A stretch of DNA of 64,000 bases from the human T2T-CHM13v2.0 reference genome, Homo sapiens, in the NCBI RefSeq assembly GCF_009914755.1, contig NC_060929.1; one strand, 5' to 3'. The first letter of the stretch is position 1. Every line of letters begins with the position of its first letter. The notes beneath the pieces are model-generated. The model was given only the letters and a program-made list of their open reading frames with translations. It was not told the DNA's origin and made no database searches. This document shows positions 29,787 to 42,248 of the stretch, in pieces. The translations under genes and the position numbers were made by a program.

Positions 29787-32700
29787 GATTTTGGTACTAT
29801 TTTGGTACTGGGAGTGGTTCTAGAGGAACAGAATATTAAGGATCTACTTCCTTTGTTGGTTTTGAGGTTTCTGGAGTTGGCTGCTTAATATGATTAGTCC
29901 CCAAAATGCTAAGGACTCTACCTCTAATAGTATGCAGAACACTGATAGTCCTTGGCAGAAACTGTTTAGAGAGTTATGCAAAATAAATGCATTTGACACT
30001 CCTGATTCACTGCTTGTGAGAGGCAAGGAGTTTAGTGACTTTATACATTAATATCTTTGACCATATGTGGAGAACCAAGGAACATAATGAAGGTGGTTGG
30101 TTGCTACTAACTTCAGTGGACAAAGTGATGAAAGAAAATGGTGAACTCACGGATTCTATCTCCTGGCTTCAGAAGCAGATACTGAGACTCAAATCTGCTA
30201 AGATTGTCCCTAGGTGAGAGTCTTATCCCCTGTAGAGAAAGAGCTGAAATTGTGAAAAAACAGACACAAGCTCTTATCGTGTGAGTAGTTGACCTGCAAC
30301 GAAAGATTCAGGCACAACTTTGCCAGGTGTCTACTGTTAAAGTGAGGGCATTGATTGGAGAAGAAGGCGACCTTGAAACTTGGAATGGGGACATGTGGGA
30401 GGAACATGATGAAACTGGGGACACTGAGTTTGTAAACTCTGTTGAACCTTTTTTGCCAGAAGGAACAGAACAGCTTCCCCATCCCCAGTAGTGGCAACAT
30501 CTCCTCCCTGACCCATGCTGCCATCAGCATTTTTCACCTTTGTCTGAAGAGATAAACCCTGCACTCCTGAGGCAACAGTGATGGTCTCTCCTGATGGAGT
30601 TGCCAGGCAAGATAATGTTGATTCTCCTCAGAAACCACCCACAACACCTCTGTTTGCTTTTAGACCTATAACTAGACTAAAGTCCTGGTGGGCCCCTAGA
30701 AGTGAGGTTGAGAGTGTGACCCATGAGGAGGTGTGCTACACTCAGAAAGAACTGTTTGAGTTATCTGTATAAATAGCAATCTGAAGAACAGGCATGGGAA
30801 TGGATATTGAGAGTATGGGATAGTGATGGAAGAAACATAGAGCTGGATCAGGCTGAGTTTATTGATTTGGGCCTGCTGAGTAGTGACTCTGCATTTAATG
30901 TTGCAGCTCAGGGAGTTAAAAAAGGTTCTAATAGTTCATTTGCTTGGTTAGCTGAAATATAAAGATGGCCCACTGTGAGCAAGCTGGAAATGCCTGATCT
31001 CCCTTGGTTTAATAGAGAGGAAGGGATCCAAAGGCTTAGGGAGACTGGGATGATGGAGTCGATTAGTCAATTTAGACCTACTTATCCCAGCTGGGAGGGT
31101 CCAGAAGATATATCCTTGAGCAATGACTTGCAAAATACATTTGTGAGAGCAGCACCTGCATCTTTGAAGAGCCCTGTAATTGCTCTTCTCTTATGTCAGA
31201 GCTAACGTTGGAAACCACCGTCACTCAACTACAAAATTTAAATAAAATGGGAATAATTCGATCCCGAGGTGGGGGGGGGGGCCAAGTGGCAGCACTCAAC
31301 CATCAAAGGCAAGATGGGCATAGCTACAGTAATATACAGGAGAAGCAAAGCAGCTATCAGAATAGTTTGACCCATGTAGAGCTCTGGCATTGGCTACTTA
31401 ATCATGGTGTTCATAGAAGTGAAACTGACAAGAAGCCTACTGCATTCCTACTTAATTTATATAAGAAGAAAACTTCTAGGTTGAATGGACAAAAGACTAA
31501 TCTGAATTATAAAAACAGAGAGTCATGGCCCCTCAATCAATTTCCAGACTGGAGCTAGTTTACAGACCCAGTACCCCTTGAATGAAGGAGAGGCCAAGTT
31601 TCCCTTAAGAAGGATCCCACCACACTCCAGACAATTTTTGCAGTGAATCTTTCCCCCATCCTTCCCCAAGGAGACATCCAGCCTTTTACCAGGGTAACTG
31701 TGCTTTGGAGAAGGGGAAGTGATCAGACATTTCAGTGACTACTGGACACTGGCTCTGAGCTGACACTGATTCCAGGGCAACCAAAACATCACTGCGGTCT
31801 TCCAGTTTAAGTATGGACATATGGAGGTCAGGTAATTAATGGAGTTTTAGCTCAGGTCTGACTTACAGAGGGTCCCTGGATTCATCCTATGGTCATTTCC
31901 TTAGTGTCAGAATGCATAATAGGCGTCAGTATACTTAGCAGCTTGCAGAACCCACACATTGGCTCCCTGACTGATAGGATGAGGGCTATTATGGTGGGAA
32001 AGGCAAAATGGAAGCCATTATAGCTTCCTCTACCTAGAAAAATAGTAAATCAAAACAATATCATACCCCTCGAGGGATTGCAGAGATTAGTGCCACTTGT
32101 CTTGAAAGACACAGGGGTGGTGATTCACACCATAACACAGTTCAACTCTCCTATTTGGCCTGTGCAGAAGACAGAAGGATCTTGGAGAATGACAGTGGAT
32201 TATCATAAGCTTAAACAAGTGGTAACTCAAATTGCAGCTGCTGTACCAGATGTGGTTTCATTGCTTGAGCAAATTAACACATCTGGTACCTGGTATGCAG
32301 CCATTGACTTGGCAAATGCCTTTTTCTCCATTCCTTTTCATAAGGCCCACCAGAAGCAATTTGCCTTCAGCTGGCAAGGCCAGCAATATAACTTTACTGT
32401 CCTACCACAGGGATATATCAACTCTCCGGCTTTGTGTCATAATCTTATTCAGAGGAAATCTTGATCACTTTTCGCTTCTGTAAGATACCACACTGGTCCA
32501 TTATATTTATGACATTATGCTGATTGGATCCAGTGAGCAAGAAGTAGCAAACACACTGGACTTATTGGTGAGACATTTGCATCCCAGAGGATGGGAAATA
32601 AATCTGGCTTAAATTCAGGGATCTTCTACCTCAGTAGAATTTCTAGGGGTCCAGTGGTGTGGGGCCTGTCGAGATATTCCTTCAAAGATAAAGGATAAGT

Positions 32701-33823
32701 TACCACATTTGGTCCCTCCTACAACCAAGAAAGAGGCACAATGCCTAGTGGGCCTATTTGGATTTTGGAGGAAACACATTCCTCATTTGGGTGTGTTACT
32801 CTGGCCCATTTATCAAGAGACATGAAAAGCTGCCAGTTTTGGGTGGGTTCCAGGACAGGAGAAGGCTTTGCTAAGGTCCAGGCTGCTGTTTAAGCTGCTG
32901 TGCCACTTGGGCCATATGACCCAGCAGATCCAATGGTGTTTCAGGTGTCAGCAGCAGATAAGGATGCTGTTTGGAACCTTTGGCAGGTTCACATAGGTGA
33001 ATCACAGCGGAGGCCTCTAGGATTTTGGAGCAAGTCCCTGCCATCTTTTGCAGATAACTACTCTCTTTTTGAGAGACAGGTCTTGGCCTATTACTGGGCT
33101 TTGGTGGAAACTGAACATTTGACTGTGGGTCATCAAGTCATCATGCGGCCTGAACTGCCTATCATGAACTGGGTGCTTTCTGACCCATCTAGTCATAAAG
33201 TGGGTTTGTGCACAGCAGCATTCCATCATCAAATGACAGTGGTATACATCTGATGGATCTTGACCAGGTCCTGAAGGCACAAGTAAGTTATATGAGGAAG
33301 TGCCTCAAATTCTCATGGTCTCCACTACTGCCACCCTGCCTTCTCTCCTCCAGCCTGCACTGATGGCCTCATGGGGAGTTGACAATATAATAGTTGACAG
33401 AGGAAGATAAAAATAGGGCCTGGTTCACAGATGGTTCTACATGATATGCAGACACTACTTGAACATGGACAGCAGCAGCACTACAGCCTCTTTCTAGCAC
33501 ATTCCTGAAGGACAGCGGTGAAAGGAAATCTTCCCAGTGGGCAGAACTTCGAGGAGTCTACCTGGTTGTGCACTTTGCATGGAAGGAGAAATGGCCAGAT
33601 GTGCAATTACATACTGATTCATGGACTGTAGCCAATGGTTTGGCTGGATGGTCAGGGACTTGGAAGAAGCATGATTGGAATATTGTTGACAAAGAAATTT
33701 GGGGAAGAGGTATGTGGCTGGACCTCTCTGAGTGGTCAAAAACTGTGAAGATATTTGTATCCCATGGGAGTGCTCACCAATGTGTGACCTCAGAAGAAGA
33801 GGAGTTTAATAATCAAGTGGATA
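29787..33823 (+). mobile_element. HERV-L internal region (gag-pro-RT-RNase H), defective; truncated before integrase/dUTPase; no 3' LTR
   Basis: Protease LLDTGSELTLIPG (~31738-31776). RT FNSPIWPVQKTEGSWRMTVDY..AIDLANAFFSIP..QFAFSWQGQQYNFTVLPQGYINSPALCH. Catalytic YIDD reads YIYD at 32502-32513. RNase H AWFTDGS, SSQWAEL, TDSW. Many stops and frameshifts. Confidence 0.95.
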
Positions 33824-34044
33824 CAGTACCTAGAGGATTCAGAGATTTTTATGAAGTCATTTTTAAGATACAAGACAATACCTAGAGAATTCAGAGATTA
33901 TTATAAAGTTATTTTTTAAAGCCCCTACAAAAATACTATTGATTCACAGTTCATTGTGATTCAGATGTCCAGACATAAATAAGAGAAAACATTTTCATCC
34001 CAAATGAGGTAAAGTAAGGAAAAAATAAAAAAGCTTTAACGTTT

Positions 34045-34465
34045 TTTGTGCTCCTCAACTCACAATGGGGTTATGCCTTGATAAATCCATCATAGGTTGA
34101 AAATATTGTCAGTCAAATGTATTTACTACACCTAACCTACCAAATGTCATACCTTAACCTGGCCTACCTTAAACAGGCTCAGAACATTTACATTTGCCTA
34201 TAGTTGGACAAAATCATCTAATATAAAATCTGTTTTATAATTAAGTGTTGAATAATTCATGGCTGTTAACCTTTGTGATTATTTGGCTAACTGAGAGCTG
34301 TGGCACACTGCCCAGTATTACACGAGAGTATTGTACCATATATCTACAGCCAGCAAAAGTAAAAAATCAAAATTTGCATTTCTGTTTCTACTGAATTTGT
34401 ATTGCTTTCATTACATCATAAAGTCAAAACACCATGTCAAATGACAGTAAGTTGGGAACTGTCTG
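34045..34465. mobile_element. MER47/Tigger5-family DNA transposon (MITE)
   Basis: tgctcctcaactcacaatggggtta..acacctaacctacc..cctaccttaaac..gtaagttgggaactgtctg. Confidence 0.8.
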
Positions 34466-34978
34466 TTATTTAAATAAAGTACTTAATATATTAGAAAACC
34501 TTTGTACCATAATTGGCAATAAAATTAAGAATTTTAAGAGGTTTTAGTCCATCTATTTCCAAATTCTACTTATCTTGAGGAAGGTTTACATTTAAGTGAT
34601 ATATTTCATTTCAAAGACTTTCTTAACATTGATCTATTCAACAGATTTTTCAGCATCAACTAAATATCTGACACCACTGCTATGTGTTGGGGATGTCAAT
34701 TCAAAATATAGATGGCTTCTGGATTAATCCTGATAGAAATCTGTTTTCAAAAAGTCAATGTATTTTGGGAAGAGTTATAATAATGTATCATAGCTCTAAG
34801 GTACAATAATACAATATATAAATTCATGTCAATCTTGCTCAGAAATTCTATTCAGATGCCTAAAATCTAATCAATATATCATAATTAATTAAAACAGTTT
34901 ACTCTGGTAGTTCTCTGTGATAAATTTAATATATTTTCACTGTATTAGACATAAATAATGTTTATTAATAAATCCCAC

Positions 34979-35430
34979 TGCAAAACAGTTCGGGTGGCTT
35001 TGGGTCTACCCAGTTCTCCCCTGACTCTTGCTTGTATTTTTCAAGAATAACCATAGAATGTGCTAGGAAGGCAACATTCTGAGAAGAGGAGAAATTGTCC
35101 TGAACAGCATTCTATGTTCTAGTCTCCCTGCTAGAAACAGGATGTCCTTCATGCCTTATCCCAGAGTTTCCTGGGACCCTGGTATATAAGACCCAGGATT
35201 GCTGCTTTCTAGAGTCCTCCAGGGTCAGTGCAAGGGGGACACATGCAGATAAAATTCCGTCTAACCCAGGCAGCTTTTCTGAGCCTCAGGGAACCAGCTC
35301 ACAGTGAATCCCAAGTTTCTGTTACTCCTTGCCGCCCATCTATAAACTGACTTCATGGATGTTCGGATGTGTGTGCGGATGTTCTGACTCATTGGACTCG
35401 GACAAGTTGGTAACTCTGAACTTTCTTCAT
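34979..35430 (+). mobile_element. Solo LTR, LTR47-like (ERVL class)
   Basis: tg..ca ends; gaataaccatagaatgtgctaggaaggcaacattctgaga; ctagaaacaggatgtccttca; TATA-like ggtatataaga. Confidence 0.65.
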
Positions 35431-35544
35431 ATCCATCTAATCATGGCACTCAAAATGAATTAACGTACTTGAGAATTTGAAAAGATCAAAAATATTTTCT
35501 CTGATATGGACTTACTACTACTGCTGTATATACACAGACAAATG

Positions 35545-35625
35545 ATAGTGGCTATGTTCCAACAAAACTCTATTTACAGAAACAGGCAAAAATTGGTCAG
35601 TAGGCTGTCATTTGCTAATCATCGA
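35545..35625. mobile_element. MER58-like hAT fragment
   Basis: gtggctatgttccaacaaaactctatttacagaaacaggc..tttgctaatc. Confidence 0.6.
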
Positions 35626-36116
35626 TTCAGATAATATTACATCTGATTTTCATTACTCAATTCTTGAAAGATTGATACTGTATACAACACAATTAACGTG
35701 GAATACTGGGAAAATGGAATCCAAAATACTCATTTTAAAACATTAATTTGTTAACACAATTCATTTTAATGATTCCACAAAGCCAAAAGACAAAGTCGGT
35801 ATAAGGCAGAGGTGGTATTTTTTTGAAAATCTACAAGTGTGTCCTGCTGACTATCGAGTTACATAGAGCACTTATCAAGAAAATAAAAATAAATCCTAGA
35901 AATGTCAGTATTGCTTTAATTCAATTCAAATTTAAAGCAAATTAAAAACAAAAAGAATGCAAACTCATTTTTACAAGCAATGAACAACATTTACAGGTTC
36001 CTAGTAATATGAAAAAATTCAAGGTTTCTTACATGTTTCAAACTTTTAAACAAAGCAATGCATATTGTTCAAGATATGTGTTACATTTTAATTAAAATTA
36101 ACCAGTTGAACAGTTC

Positions 36117-39100
36117 TTTTTTTTTCTTTTTTTTAATTATATTTAAGTTCTGGGATGCATGTGCAGAAGGTGCAGGTTTGTTACATAGGTATACACAGGC
36201 CATTGCGGTTGGTTGCACCCATCAACCTGTCATCTACATTAGGTATTTCTCCTGATGCTATCCCTCCCTTAGTCCCTTACCACCTGACGGGCCTGGGTGT
36301 GTGATGTTCCCCTCCCTGTGTCCATGTGTTCTACAATAGGTATTTCTCCTTTTTAATGTGCTGCTGGATTCGATTTGCCAGTATTTTATTGAGGATTTTC
36401 ACATCAATGTTCATCAGGGATATTGGCCTGAAATTTTCTTTTTTTTTGTTGTGTCTCTGCCAGGTTTTGGTATCAGGATGATACTGGCCTCAAAATGAGT
36501 TAGGGAGGAGTCCCTCTTTTTGTTTTGCTTGGAATAGCTTTAGGAGGAATGGTACCAGCTCCTCTTTGTACCTGTAGTAGAATTTGGCTGTGAATCCATC
36601 TGGTCCTGGGCTTTTTTTGCTTGGTAGGCTATTAATTGCTACCTCAATTTCAGAACTTGTTATTGGTCTATTCAGGGCTTCACTTTCTTCCTGGTTTAGA
36701 CTTGGGAGGTGTATGTGTCCAGAAATTTATCAATTTCTTCTAGATTTTCTAGTTTATTTGTATAGAGGTATTTATAGTATTTTCTGATGGTAGTTTGTAT
36801 TTCTGTGGAATCAGTGGTGATATCCCCTTTATCATTTTTTATTCTGTCTATCTGATTCTTCTCTCTTTTCTTCTTTATTAGTCTAGCTAGCAGTCTATCT
36901 ATTTTGTTAATCTTTTCAAAAACCCAGTTCCTGGATTCATTGATTGTTTTGAAGGGTTTTTTGTGTCTCTATCTCCTTCAGTTGTACTGTCATCTTAGTT
37001 ATTTCGTCTTCTGCTAGCTTTTGAATTTGTTTGCTCTAGCTTCTCTAGTTCTTTTAATTGTGGTGTTAGGGGGTCAATTTTACATCTTTCCTGCTTTCTC
37101 CTGTGGGCATTTAGTGCTATAAATTTCCCTCTAAACACTGCTTTAGCTGTGTCCCGGAGATTCTGATACATTGTGTCTTTGTTCTCATTTGTTTCAAAGA
37201 ATGTATTTATTTCTGCCTTAATTTCGTTATGTACCCAGTAGTCATTCAGGAGCAGGTTGTTCAGTTTCCATGTAGTTGTGTGGTTTTTGAGTGAGTTTCT
37301 TAATCCTGAGTTCTAATTTGATTGCACTGTGGTCTGAGAGACTGTGTGTTATGATTTTCATTCTTTTGCATTTGCTGAGGAGTCTTTTACTTCCAATTAT
37401 GTGGTTGATTTTAGAATAAGTGCTATGTGGTACTGAGAAGAATGTATATTCTGTTGATTTGGGGTGGAGAGTTCTGTAGATGTCTATTAGGTCTGCTTGG
37501 ACCAGAGCTGAGTTCAAGTCCTCAATATCCTTGTTAATTTTCTGTCTCATTGATCTGTCTCATATTGACAGTGGGGTGTTAAAGTCTCCCACTATTATTA
37601 TGTGGGAGTCTAAGACTCTTTGTAGGTCACTAAGAACTTGCTTTATGAATGTGGGTGCTTCTGTATTGGGTGCCTATATATTTAGGATAGTTAGCTCTTC
37701 TTGTGTAATGTAATGCTCTTTGTCTTTTTTGATATTTGTTGGTTTAAAGTCTGTTTTATCAGAGACTAGGACTGCAACTCCTGCTTTTTAAATTTTTTTT
37801 ATTTTTTGCTTTCCATTTGCTTAGTAAATCTTCCTCCATACCTTTATTCTGACCCTGTGTATCTTTGCATGTGAGATGGACCTCCTGAATACAGCACACC
37901 GATGAGTCTTGACTCTTTATTCAATGTGCCAGTCTGTCTTTTAATTGGGACATTTAGTCCATTTAAATTTAAGATTAATATTGTTATGTGTGAATTTGAT
38001 CCTGTCATTATGATGCTAGCTGGTTATTGTTTCCCATTAGTTGATGCGGTTTCTTCATAGTGACGATGGTCTTTACATTTCGGATTGTTTTTGCTGTGGC
38101 TGGTGCCAGTTTTTCCTTTCTATATTTAGTGCTTCCTTCAGGAGCTCTTGTAAGGTAGGCCTGGTGGTGACAAAATCTCTCAGCATTTGCTTGTCTGTAA
38201 TGGGTATTATTTCTCCTTCACTTATGAAGCTTTTTTCACTGGATATGAAATTCTGTGTTGAAAATTCTTTTATTTAAGAATGTTGAGTATTGGCCCCCAC
38301 TCTCTTCTGGCTTGTAGGGTTCTGCAGAGAGATCTGCTGTTAGTCTCATGGGCTTCCCTTTGTTGGTAAGCTGACCTTTTTGGCTGCCCTGAACATATTT
38401 TCCTTCATTTCAACCTTGGTGAATCTGATGAATATGTGTCTTGGGGTTGCTCTTCTTAAGGAGTATCTTTGTGGTGTTCTCTGTATTTTCTGAATTTGAA
38501 TGTTGGCCTGTCTTCCTAGGTTGGGGAAGAGCTCCTGGATAATATTCTAAATTGTGTTTTCCAATTTGATGCATTCTCCCCGTCACTTTCAGGTACACCA
38601 ATCAAACGTAGGTGCGGTCTCTTCACATAGTTCCATATTCCTTGGAGGCTTTGTTCGTTCCTTTTCATTCTTTTTTTTCTCTAATCTTGTCTTCATACTT
38701 TATTTCATTAAGTTGATCTTCAGTCTCTGATATCCTTTCTTCTGCTTGATCAATTCAGCTATTGATACTTGTATATGCTTCACGAAGTTCTCGTGCTGTT
38801 TGTCACCTCCATCAGGCCATTTATGTTCTCTCTAAACTGGTTATTCTAGTTAGCAGTTCCTGTAACCTTGTATCAAAGTTCTTAGCTTCCTTGACTTGTA
38901 TTGGTTTAGAACATTCCTCTTTAGCTAGGAGGAGTTTGTTATTACCCACCTTCTGAAGCCTACTTCTATCAATTCATCAAATTCAATCCAGTTTTGTTCC
39001 CTTCCTGGCAAGGAGTTGTGATCCTTTGGAGGAGAAGAGGCATTCTGGTTTTTGGAATTTTCAGCCTTTTAGTGCTGGCTTTTCCTCATCGTCATGGATT

Positions 39101-40405
39101 TGTCTACTTTTGGTCTTTGATGTTGGTGACCTTTAGATGGGGTTTTCGAGTGGTCATCCTTTTTGTTGATGTCGATGCTATTGCTTTTGTTTGCCAGGAC
39201 CCTGTTCTGCAGGTCTGCTGGAGTTTGCAGGAGGTCCACTCCAGACCCTGTTTGCCTGGATATCACCAGTGGAGGTAGCATAACAGCAAAGATTGCTGCC
39301 TGCTTCTTCCTCTGGAAGCTTCTTCCCAGAAGGACACCTGCCAGATGTCAGCTGGAGCTCTCCTGTATGAGGTGTTTGTCGACCTTTGCTGGGAGGTGTC
39401 TCCCTGTCAGGAGGCATGGGGGTCAGGGACCCATTTAAGGAGGCAGTCTGTCCCTTACTAGAGCTCGAGCGCTGTGCTGGGAGACCCACTGCTCTCTTCA
39501 GAGCCGGCAGGCAGGAACATTTAAGTCTGCTGAAGTTGTGCCCACAGCAGCCCCTTCCCCCAGGTGTTCTGTCCCAGGGAGATGGGAGTTTTATCTACAA
39601 GCCCCTGACTGGGGCTGCTGTCTTTCCTTCAGAGATGTCCTGCCCATAAAGGAGGAATCTAGAGAGGCAGTCTGGCTACAGCACATTTGTGGGCTGCGGT
39701 GGGCTCCGCCCAGTCCAAACTTCCCAGTGGTTTTGTTTACACTGAGGGGAAAACTGCCTGCTCAAGCCTCAGTAATGGCAGATGCCCCTTCCCCCACCAA
39801 GCTCCAGTGTCCCAGGTCGACTTCAGATTAGTGTGCTGGCAGCAAGCATTTCAAGTGAGTGGATCTTAGCTTGCTGGGTTCTGTGGAGATAGGATCTGCT
39901 GAGCAAGAACCCTTAGCTCCCTGGCTTCAGCCCCATTTCCAGGCGAATGAACAGTTCTGTATTGCTGGCATTGCAGGCACCACTGGGGTACAGAAAAAAA
40001 ATCTCCTGCAGCCTACTTGGTGTCTGCCCAAAGGACGTCCAGTTTTGTGCTTGAAACCCAGGGTGCTGGTGGCATAGGCACCCAAGGGAATCTACTGGTT
40101 TGCAGGTTGCGAAGACTGGGAAAAGCGTAGTATTTGGGCTGGAATGGAGCCTTCCTCACGGCACAGTCCCTCACGGCTTCCCTTGGCTAGGGCAGGGAGT
40201 TCACCAACCCCTTGCACTTCCTGGGTGAGATGACATCCCACCCTGCTTTGGCTCTCCCTCCGTGGGCTGCACCCACTGCCTAACCAGACCCAATGAGATG
40301 AGCTGGGTACCTCACTTGGAAATGCAGAAATCACCCACCTTCTATGTTGGTCTCACTGGGAGCTTCAGACTGGAGCTGTTCCTATTCAGTCATATTGCCC
40401 ATGAA
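36117..40405 (-). mobile_element. L1PA7-like element with 5' UTR, ORF1, endonuclease and 3' end, but a large internal ORF2 deletion
   Basis: PolyT and 3' UTR at 36117-36330. ORF2 EN (RQKINKDIEDLNSALVQADLIDIYRTLHPKSTEYTFFS). 5' UTR end ggaaatgcagaaatcaccc..ggagctgttcctattc. Jump at 36350 from 3' UTR to mid-ORF2. Confidence 0.93.
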
Positions 40406-42152
40406 TCCCTGAATCCAAAATATTAAACACAAATATGGATTGGTATTTTGAAGGTCAGTGGAAAATAAATTACCTTCTACGGGTAATTTCTTTTTGTCAC
40501 TGTTGGTCTCCATGTTGTCAAAGCATAGAGCAATGAGAGTTTTTGACCAGCAGTGGTCTGCAGATCACACCTTGTGAAACTTTGCTTAGAGCAAAATACA
40601 GTACCTTATATTTTTCTTGCCAAAGTTCAATGTCTCTGGACAACATTGGATGAGTATTCATCACATCTAGATTGTTAGACTTTTGTTTTTCCAAATTTTT
40701 AAATGGAATATGCTTACAAACTTAGTATAGTAAGAACATTTTAAGATATTGAGTGTTCCCTGATGCTTTGATATACATGGTTATTGAAAAACAGCTTTGC
40801 TCAGAAATTGCAGTCTATCCCTATCATTCATATATTAGCCACAAGCTATTGTTAGTCATTTGATTTTTTTTAAGCTTCGATTGATATCATCATTTATCTT
40901 GGCTCCATCTGAAAATGTTTTGTTTACTTTGTGCCCATGCTTTGGCATGTTCTACAGCTCAGGGTAGAAACACACACACAATAGACTTACATACACAACT
41001 ATGATACACAATTGTAAAGCAATTGACTATTACATCCATTTTTCCATAAAAGATACACTAATCTTATAGTAAATATAAAGGATCAAATATTTTAAAAATC
41101 TATTTAGTATTCCTTCCACCAATTTATAATTATATTTGACTTTTATTGTTACCATTATTGAGTTGACTGATTGGCTAACTTCTCTTCTATTATTTTCTTC
41201 CTTTTGACCTTCAAAAACTAGACATGTTGACTAGAGATAGCTGCAAAAACACATTCTTTGCAATTTTTTTTTGTTAATCAAATCTTGAGCAACACTGCAT
41301 TTCTTTCTATGTTAATATCTGGTTCTTTATTGAAATTGAGTAATTGTGTTATGAAATATGTTATTTCTTAGGCAGAATTTATGCAAATGATTTGCATTGT
41401 GATGCAATAAGAATGAGAAAAGCTACATGAAAAGTAAACTCACAAAATCAAATTATGTGAAAAAATTTAGATTAACTATTTAACTTTAACATCATTTTCT
41501 GATTTTTAATGTAAATCTTTATTTAGTTTCATTATTTCAAATAAGAAATCACAATACTTCATGAATTGTTTCAAACAATGATGAAAGAGAAGCAATAGTT
41601 TTGGTGAAAACCTTCAAGGTCAATGAAATTGCCACAGCATGGTAGTCACTAAGTTGTATGAGAGTTATTAGAAAGAAGAGACTGAGGGTATAAGAGTTTT
41701 AGTAAACATATTATAAAGAATAAATATTTAGCAATTTATATCAGACTAAAATTAAAGCAAAATATTTTACAAAATTAAATTTAAAAAGGAAAGACTGATG
41801 TGAGCACATTTGATTAACAAGAATATATTTCGGCTTTGTTAGTAACCCCAGTGGCCTAGAGGTTAGTAACTCCAAGCTACCAAGTACCAGTATTGTGGAA
41901 TAATATTAAATGCCCACATTTTGATCAATAATACTATTTTTATTTAAAGTCTCCAGACCTACTTTGAGAATGCTGCTTTAATGAATGAATACATAAAATA
42001 TATCTTAAACCTTGCTCTACAGATAGAATATTATATTTAATCTAATCTAATATTATATTATAATATTATAAACACATAGTATTCCCACTGACAAAGTATG
42101 ATAATGTTACTATCAAAAGAAAATACTTATAGCAAGCTTTAAAATTGAGTCT

Positions 42153-42248
42153 AAGCAGCAAACCACCATGGCACGTGTATACCTATGTAACAAACCTGCA
42201 CGTTCTGCACATGTACCCTAGAACTTAAAGTATAATAATAAAAAAAAT
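42153..42248 (+). mobile_element. ~95-bp L1PA(7-8) 3' stub
   Basis: gcagcaaaccaccatggcacgtgtatacctatgtaacaaacctgcacgttctgcacatgtaccctagaacttaaagtataataataaaa; TSD aaaa(t/c)tgagtct. Confidence 0.9.

Noticed and set aside
29890-33885. HERV-L ORFs as functional or co-opted proteins
   Set aside because: All fragments are 128 aa or shorter with many stops and frameshifts; the RT catalytic motif reads YIYD; integrase is absent.
38994-40334. Cluster of overlapping ORFs in GC-richer DNA
   Set aside because: This is the L1PA 5' UTR; the ORF density reflects base composition.
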